Shown piece by piece: positions 59,545 through 64,000 of a stretch of 64,000 bases of DNA. The DNA comes from a bacterium (lineage in GTDB: Bacteria; JAMCPX01). Both the position numbers and the translations under genes were made by a program. Under the pieces are notes generated by a model. That model saw only the letters and a list, made by a program, of their open reading frames with translations, was not told the origin of the DNA and did no database searches. The stretch spans positions 14,210-78,209 of the forward strand of contig JBBIVV010000005.1 in assembly GCA_037439545.1 (NCBI GenBank). Reading direction: 5' to 3'. Within the stretch, counting starts at the first letter, position 1. Every line of letters begins with the position of its first letter.

Positions 59545-59675
59545 AGACCGAAGGCATTCTTGTTTATGCCTGCAAAATTTTCCTTGGAGCCGTTATTTTT
59601 ATGAGTATACGCAGCAGACGGCTGCACCACGAAAGCTATTATGCCGGCAAGACAAAAGATTATTTTATTATTCAT
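59541..59675 (-). CDS. Unannotated 44-aa ORF with signal-peptide-like N-terminus, coupled to uppP
   Basis: [50 protein letters not shown] lies upstream, and its TGA overlaps the uppP ATG (ATGA). Confidence 0.5.
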   Translation of the reverse strand: MNNKIIFCLAGIIAFVVQPSAAYTHKNNGSKENFAGINKNAFGL

Positions 59676-59735
59676 GATACCTTCTTAAATATTTCTTTTT
59701 TTGTATGTTCAAATTGCATTTTTGTCAATGTGTTT

Positions 59736-61487
59736 CTACGGCATAAGACTCTTGCGGATTGCGTCTATCTTTACATACAAGTCCTGTTTTGTGGAAGTCA
59801 TGACTTCCCCTGTTTTCCGCACCTTGATTTCTATCAGGCCTTCTTTTTTTAGCTTTGCCCCTATAACGATCCTCAGGGGAAATCCTATCAGGTCTGCATC
59901 CTTGAGCTTCATGCCCGGCGATAGGTCACGGTCATCGTATATGATGTCGAAGCCTTTATTCAGCATTTCATGGTAAATGATCTCTGCTGCCTCTGCAATA
60001 ACACTGTCTTTCATGTTGATTGCAACGAGCCCTATTTCATAGGGCGCTATTGTCAGTGGAAAGATGATTCCGTCGTTGTCGTTGTTCTGCTCTATCGATG
60101 CGGCAAGCGTCCTGCCGACGCCGATGCCGTAGCATCCCATGATAAACGGTTTTGATTCGCCGTGTTCATCGAGAAATTCGGCATGCATCTTTTCAGAATA
60201 TTTTGTCCCGAGCTTGAATATATGTCCGACCTCTATACCCCTCGTCATGCTCATGGGCTTGAAGCAGGCGGGACACGCATCCCCTGCAACTGCATTGCGG
60301 ATATCAGCGAACATATCGGGGGTGAAGTCCCTGCCGGCATTGACTCCGGTATAGTGGTAGTTGTCCTGATTTGCACCCGTAACTGCGTTCTGCGCTGTCT
60401 TTATCTCCATGTCTGCGACGACCTTCATCTTCAAGCCCACAGGTCCTATGGAACCAGCATGTGCGCCCGTCTGCTTTACGCACTCCGCGTCCCCGGCAAG
60501 CTCTACGCTGTCTGCATTCAGGACATTCTTCAGTTTTATCAGGTTGAGTTCCCTGTCGCCCCTTACCAGTGCAGCTATAAAATCATCGTCCGCTTTCAGG
60601 ATCATTGTTTTGATAATGCTTTGGGGTGCGACATTGAGAAAACCGGACACTTCCTCGACCGTATGCTTTCCTATCGTCGACACCAATACGGGAGCAGGGT
60701 GTGCTTCGCGTGCGTCTGTATCCACTCCGGTTTCTTGAGAGCCTGCCGGATCATGCCCTGCTTTATCATAACCTACTTGAGCTTTCTCCACATTTGCCGC
60801 ATAGCCGCAGGACTCGCACGAAACAATGGCTTCTTCACCGGTATTCGCAAGTACCATGAACTCATGGGAGAATTTCCCGCCTATCGTTCCTGTGTCCGCT
60901 TCAACAGCCCGGAAATTCAAGCCGCATTGCTTGAAAATCCACGTGTATGCCTCATACATCTTCTGGTAGGTTTTATTCGCCTGTTCATTGCCGGCATCGA
61001 AGCTGTAGCCGTCCTTCATGATGAATTCCCTGCCGCGCATAAGCCCGAATCTCGGTCTTATTTCGTCCCTGAACTTAGGGGCGATCTGAAAGAGATTCAG
61101 GGGCAGTTGTTTGTATGATTTAACCTCATTACGCACAAGGTCAACGATGACCTCCTCATGCGTCGGTCCTATGGTAAACCATTTTTCATGCCTGTCCTGA
61201 AAGCGCAGAAGCTCTTTTCCGTAAGCCTGCCATCTGCCGCTTTCTTCCCACAGATCTTTCTGTATAACAAGCGGCAGCAGGACCTCCTGCGCCCCCCACC
61301 TGTTCATGCCTTCTCTTATGATGTCCGAGATCTTTTTTATCGATCTCAGGCCGAGCGGCAGATACGAGTATATGCCTGATGACAACTTTCTTATAAGCCC
61401 TGACCTGAACAAAAGCTTATGACTTATGATCTCCGCATCCTTCGGCGCCTCCTTCAGTGTTGCTATAAATGCCTGTGTAAATTTCAT
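59736..61487 (-). CDS. proS: Proline--tRNA ligase (bacterial type with INS domain)
   Basis: SHKL..R.GLI, WEESGRW..YG.EL, GPTHEE, KFRDEIRPRFGLMRGREF.MKD.YSF, GIEVGHIFKLGTKYS and MGCYGIG motifs. Confidence 0.97.
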   Translation of the reverse strand: MKFTQAFIATLKEAPKDAEIISHKLLFRSGLIRKLSSGIYSYLPLGLRSIKKISDIIREGMNRWGAQEVLLPLVIQKDLWEESGRWQAYGKELLRFQDRHEKWFTIGPTHEEVIVDLVRNEVKSYKQLPLNLFQIAPKFRDEIRPRFGLMRGREFIMKDGYSFDAGNEQANKTYQKMYEAYTWIFKQCGLNFRAVEADTGTIGGKFSHEFMVLANTGEEAIVSCESCGYAANVEKAQVGYDKAGHDPAGSQETGVDTDAREAHPAPVLVSTIGKHTVEEVSGFLNVAPQSIIKTMILKADDDFIAALVRGDRELNLIKLKNVLNADSVELAGDAECVKQTGAHAGSIGPVGLKMKVVADMEIKTAQNAVTGANQDNYHYTGVNAGRDFTPDMFADIRNAVAGDACPACFKPMSMTRGIEVGHIFKLGTKYSEKMHAEFLDEHGESKPFIMGCYGIGVGRTLAASIEQNNDNDGIIFPLTIAPYEIGLVAINMKDSVIAEAAEIIYHEMLNKGFDIIYDDRDLSPGMKLKDADLIGFPLRIVIGAKLKKEGLIEIKVRKTGEVMTSTKQDLYVKIDAIRKSLMP

Positions 61488-62557
61488 ACTTTTGATTTCT
61501 CCTTCAGTAGAGCGTTTATTCCCGATAACAATGTCTTTTTATAGTCCGATTCTTTTACCTTCTCTGCCGCCTTTCCATGTTTGAATAAAATACCGCTGCC
61601 TTTTCCGCACGCAATGCCGATATCCGCCTCTTTCGCCTCTCCGGGCCCGTTCACGACACAGCCCATGACAGCGACGGTCAGCGGCTCTTTTACCTTGATC
61701 AACTCCCTCTCAAGTGAATTGACCAGCCCGATCACATCGAATTCAGCCCTCGCACAGGTCGGACATGATATAATTTCGACACCGTAATGTGTAAGGCCAA
61801 GCGCCCTCAGTATTTCATAGCCTGCTTTTACTTCGACCACCGGATCATCCGTGAGCGATACCCGTATCGTATCACCAATACCTTCTGAAAGCAGTATGCC
61901 CATACCTATAGCGGATTTAATGCTGCCAGACAGCATGGTGCCGGCTTCTGTTACGCCGAGGTGCAGCGGATAGTCTACAGACTTTGACAATTTCCGGTAT
62001 GCATCTATCATTACCAGCACGTTGCTTGATTTTACGGACACCTTTATGTCGTGGAAATCAAGCTCCTCGAGCCCATTAATATTTCTCATTGCCGTTTCGA
62101 CGATTGCCTCTGCCGTGGGATGGAACTTATGCTTTTCGAGGATGTCCTGCGGCAGGGAGCCCGCATTAACGCCAACCCTTATCGGAATGCCTGCGTCCTT
62201 TGCAGCTTTTACAACCTCCCGTATGCGATCTTTGCTTCCGATATTCCCGGGGTTGATCCTTAATCCGTCAACACCGCTTTTTATGGATTCAAGAGCAAGC
62301 CTGTAATCAAAATGAATGTCGGCGATGAGCGGCACCTGTGCGCCGCGCTTTACGGTCTTCAGCGCAAGTGCGGATTCCCTGTCCGGCACTGCAAGTCTTA
62401 CAATCCGGGCACCGGCATCTGCAAGCTGATTGACCTGCTTTATGGTGGCAACAACGTCCTTTGTGCGGGTATTGGCCATACTCTGCACAACGACAGGGTT
62501 ATTTCCGCCGATCTTTACCGTGCCGATCTTTACGACCTTTGTCCTCTGTCTTTTCAT
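61484..62557 (-). CDS. ispG: (E)-4-hydroxy-3-methylbut-2-enyl-diphosphate synthase
   Basis: VQSM.NT.T, ADIHF, RINPGNIG, GVN.GSL, HLGVTEAG, GIGDTIRVSL, SCPTC.R and MGCVVNGPGE motifs. Confidence 0.97.
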   Translation of the reverse strand: MKRQRTKVVKIGTVKIGGNNPVVVQSMANTRTKDVVATIKQVNQLADAGARIVRLAVPDRESALALKTVKRGAQVPLIADIHFDYRLALESIKSGVDGLRINPGNIGSKDRIREVVKAAKDAGIPIRVGVNAGSLPQDILEKHKFHPTAEAIVETAMRNINGLEELDFHDIKVSVKSSNVLVMIDAYRKLSKSVDYPLHLGVTEAGTMLSGSIKSAIGMGILLSEGIGDTIRVSLTDDPVVEVKAGYEILRALGLTHYGVEIISCPTCARAEFDVIGLVNSLERELIKVKEPLTVAVMGCVVNGPGEAKEADIGIACGKGSGILFKHGKAAEKVKESDYKKTLLSGINALLKEKSKV

Positions 62558-63939
62558 AGTGCCTTTCCCGGGTTCATGATATTGTTCGGGTCAATAAGTT
62601 TTTTGATGTCCCTCATAAGCCGGTGTGCTGCGGGTGACAGCTCTTTGGTAATATAAGCAAGTTTTGTAATGCCGACCCCATGCTCTCCCGATACCGTCCC
62701 GCCGAGCTTTATAACAAGATCAAACATCTGATCTACTGCCATGAGTGCTCTTTTATATTCGTCTTTGTCCTTTGTATCATAGAGTATGTTCACATGGATA
62801 TTGCCATCGCCGGCGTGACCGAAGTTTGCATACTTCAAGCTCAGGGAGCCGGCGATCTGCTCGACGCCGGAAACAAGCTCAGGCAGCTTCGATAACGGGA
62901 CAACAACATCTTCATTGAGCTTAAAAGGCTTTATCTTCGTTAACGCAGGGGACAGTGCCCTTCTTGCCGTCCACAGCCTTTCAGCATCGAGACCGTGTGC
63001 AGTCTCTATCGACAGGGCATACCTTTTGCATACAGACCCTATCTTTTCAATGTCGATTTTTGTTTCTTCCTGCGACCCGTCAACCTCGATCAGCAGTGCT
63101 GAACCTGCATCCTTATCGAATGTATCCGTTCCCGCGTATGCTGAGACGGCATTCATGGATGCATGATCCATAAACTCGAGAGCTGAGGGCAATATACCAG
63201 TATTCAGTATCTCCGTCACGACAGAGGCTGATGTGCGGGCATCCCTGTATGTTGCAAACAGTGCGGATGTTGTCTGCGGCTTCGGAATGATCCTGAGTAT
63301 AGCCTTTGTCACAATACCGAGCGTGCCCTCTGAGCCGATGAAAAGGTCCTTCAGGTTGTAGCCGACGACCCCTTTGTGTGTATGCCTGCCGAGCCATAGG
63401 ATTTCGCCTGTCGGCAGGACGACCTCGATGCCGAGCACGTAGTTGGATGTGGAGCCGTATTTGACAGCCCTCAAGCCCCCGGCATTTTCAGCAATATTGC
63501 CGCCTATGCTCGAGAACTCGCTGCTTGCAGGATCAGGCGGATAAAAAAATCCCGCTTCTGCGGCTTTATTCTTGAATTCTCCTGTGACGACCCCGGGCTC
63601 TACCTCTGCCGTGAGGTCCGGCGTGTTCATGGATATGATATGGTTCATCTTCTCCGTCGAGACGACTATCCCGCCATTGACAGGGACCGATCCGCCGGTA
63701 AGCCCCGTGCCTGCACCTCGCGGGGTAACAGGTATAAGGTGAGTGTTGGCAAGCTTCAGGATTCCGGCTGTCTCCTCTGAGTTCACGGGAAACACGACCG
63801 CATCGGGCTGGTGGCTTATCCTTGTCGCATCATATCCATAAAGGAGCAGGGATTCTTGATCCGTAAAACACCTGTCTTTACATATTTTTTTCAATTCTGA
63901 GACAATATCTTTGTTTAAAGGCATCTTCGTCCATCCCAT
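62554..63939 (-). CDS. glcD: GlcD/D-lactate dehydrogenase-like FAD-linked oxidoreductase
   Basis: PRGAGTGLTGG, YPPDP.S, GGN.AENAGG..KYG, GSEGTLG, EDVVVP, GHAGDGNIH, SGEHGVG and DP..IMNPGK motifs. Confidence 0.85.
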   Translation of the reverse strand: MGWTKMPLNKDIVSELKKICKDRCFTDQESLLLYGYDATRISHQPDAVVFPVNSEETAGILKLANTHLIPVTPRGAGTGLTGGSVPVNGGIVVSTEKMNHIISMNTPDLTAEVEPGVVTGEFKNKAAEAGFFYPPDPASSEFSSIGGNIAENAGGLRAVKYGSTSNYVLGIEVVLPTGEILWLGRHTHKGVVGYNLKDLFIGSEGTLGIVTKAILRIIPKPQTTSALFATYRDARTSASVVTEILNTGILPSALEFMDHASMNAVSAYAGTDTFDKDAGSALLIEVDGSQEETKIDIEKIGSVCKRYALSIETAHGLDAERLWTARRALSPALTKIKPFKLNEDVVVPLSKLPELVSGVEQIAGSLSLKYANFGHAGDGNIHVNILYDTKDKDEYKRALMAVDQMFDLVIKLGGTVSGEHGVGITKLAYITKELSPAAHRLMRDIKKLIDPNNIMNPGKAL

Positions 63940-64000
63940 TCCTTTTAAAGAGGTTGTTTTAAATTACATACCCCCTCCATAACTTGTCAAGGGTAATGCT

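Noticed and set aside
60162..61118. 318-aa plus-strand ORF
   Set aside because: It lies wholly antisense to proS and has no recognisable motifs, so it is a shadow ORF.
1..64000. CRISPR arrays, rRNA/tRNA genes, transposases, integrases, prophage or defence genes
   Set aside because: No regularly spaced direct repeats, RNA-gene signatures or such protein motifs were seen by eye.

Overview
This is a gene-dense chromosomal segment (roughly mid-40s % GC by eye), probably from a deltaproteobacterial-type lineage (Desulfobacterota/Myxococcota-like). That placement is inferred from the pilB-pilT-pilC-pilS-pilR order, rplM-rpsI-argC, a c7-type multiheme cytochrome and a Cys-containing C-terminal sorting signal. 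About 48 CDSs are supported. They include housekeeping genes (gatB, mtnA, fba, purE, tsaC, argC, rplM/rpsI, glnE, ssb, proS, ispG), acyl-CoA carboxylase subunits, envelope glycosylation enzymes, lipid-catabolic enzymes, a type IV pilus operon and several secreted proteins. No rRNA, tRNA, CRISPR array, transposase or prophage was seen. Most notable: (1) an outer-membrane beta-barrel plus a 13-heme cytochrome sit directly after pilR, where pilA usually lies; (2) an acyl-CoA dehydrogenase lacking its catalytic Glu, a thiolase-fold protein lacking catalytic Cys and a DUF35 protein form one unit; (3) two adjacent in-frame blocks appear swapped at the C-terminus of an S8/FG-GAP surface protein; (4) a UppP homolog with an altered catalytic motif is translationally coupled to an unannotated 44-aa ORF; (5) several small palindromic element families are present, including four GGGC-N12-GCCC hairpins; (6) several genes look leaderless. 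All product calls come from motif recognition by eye, with no database searches.
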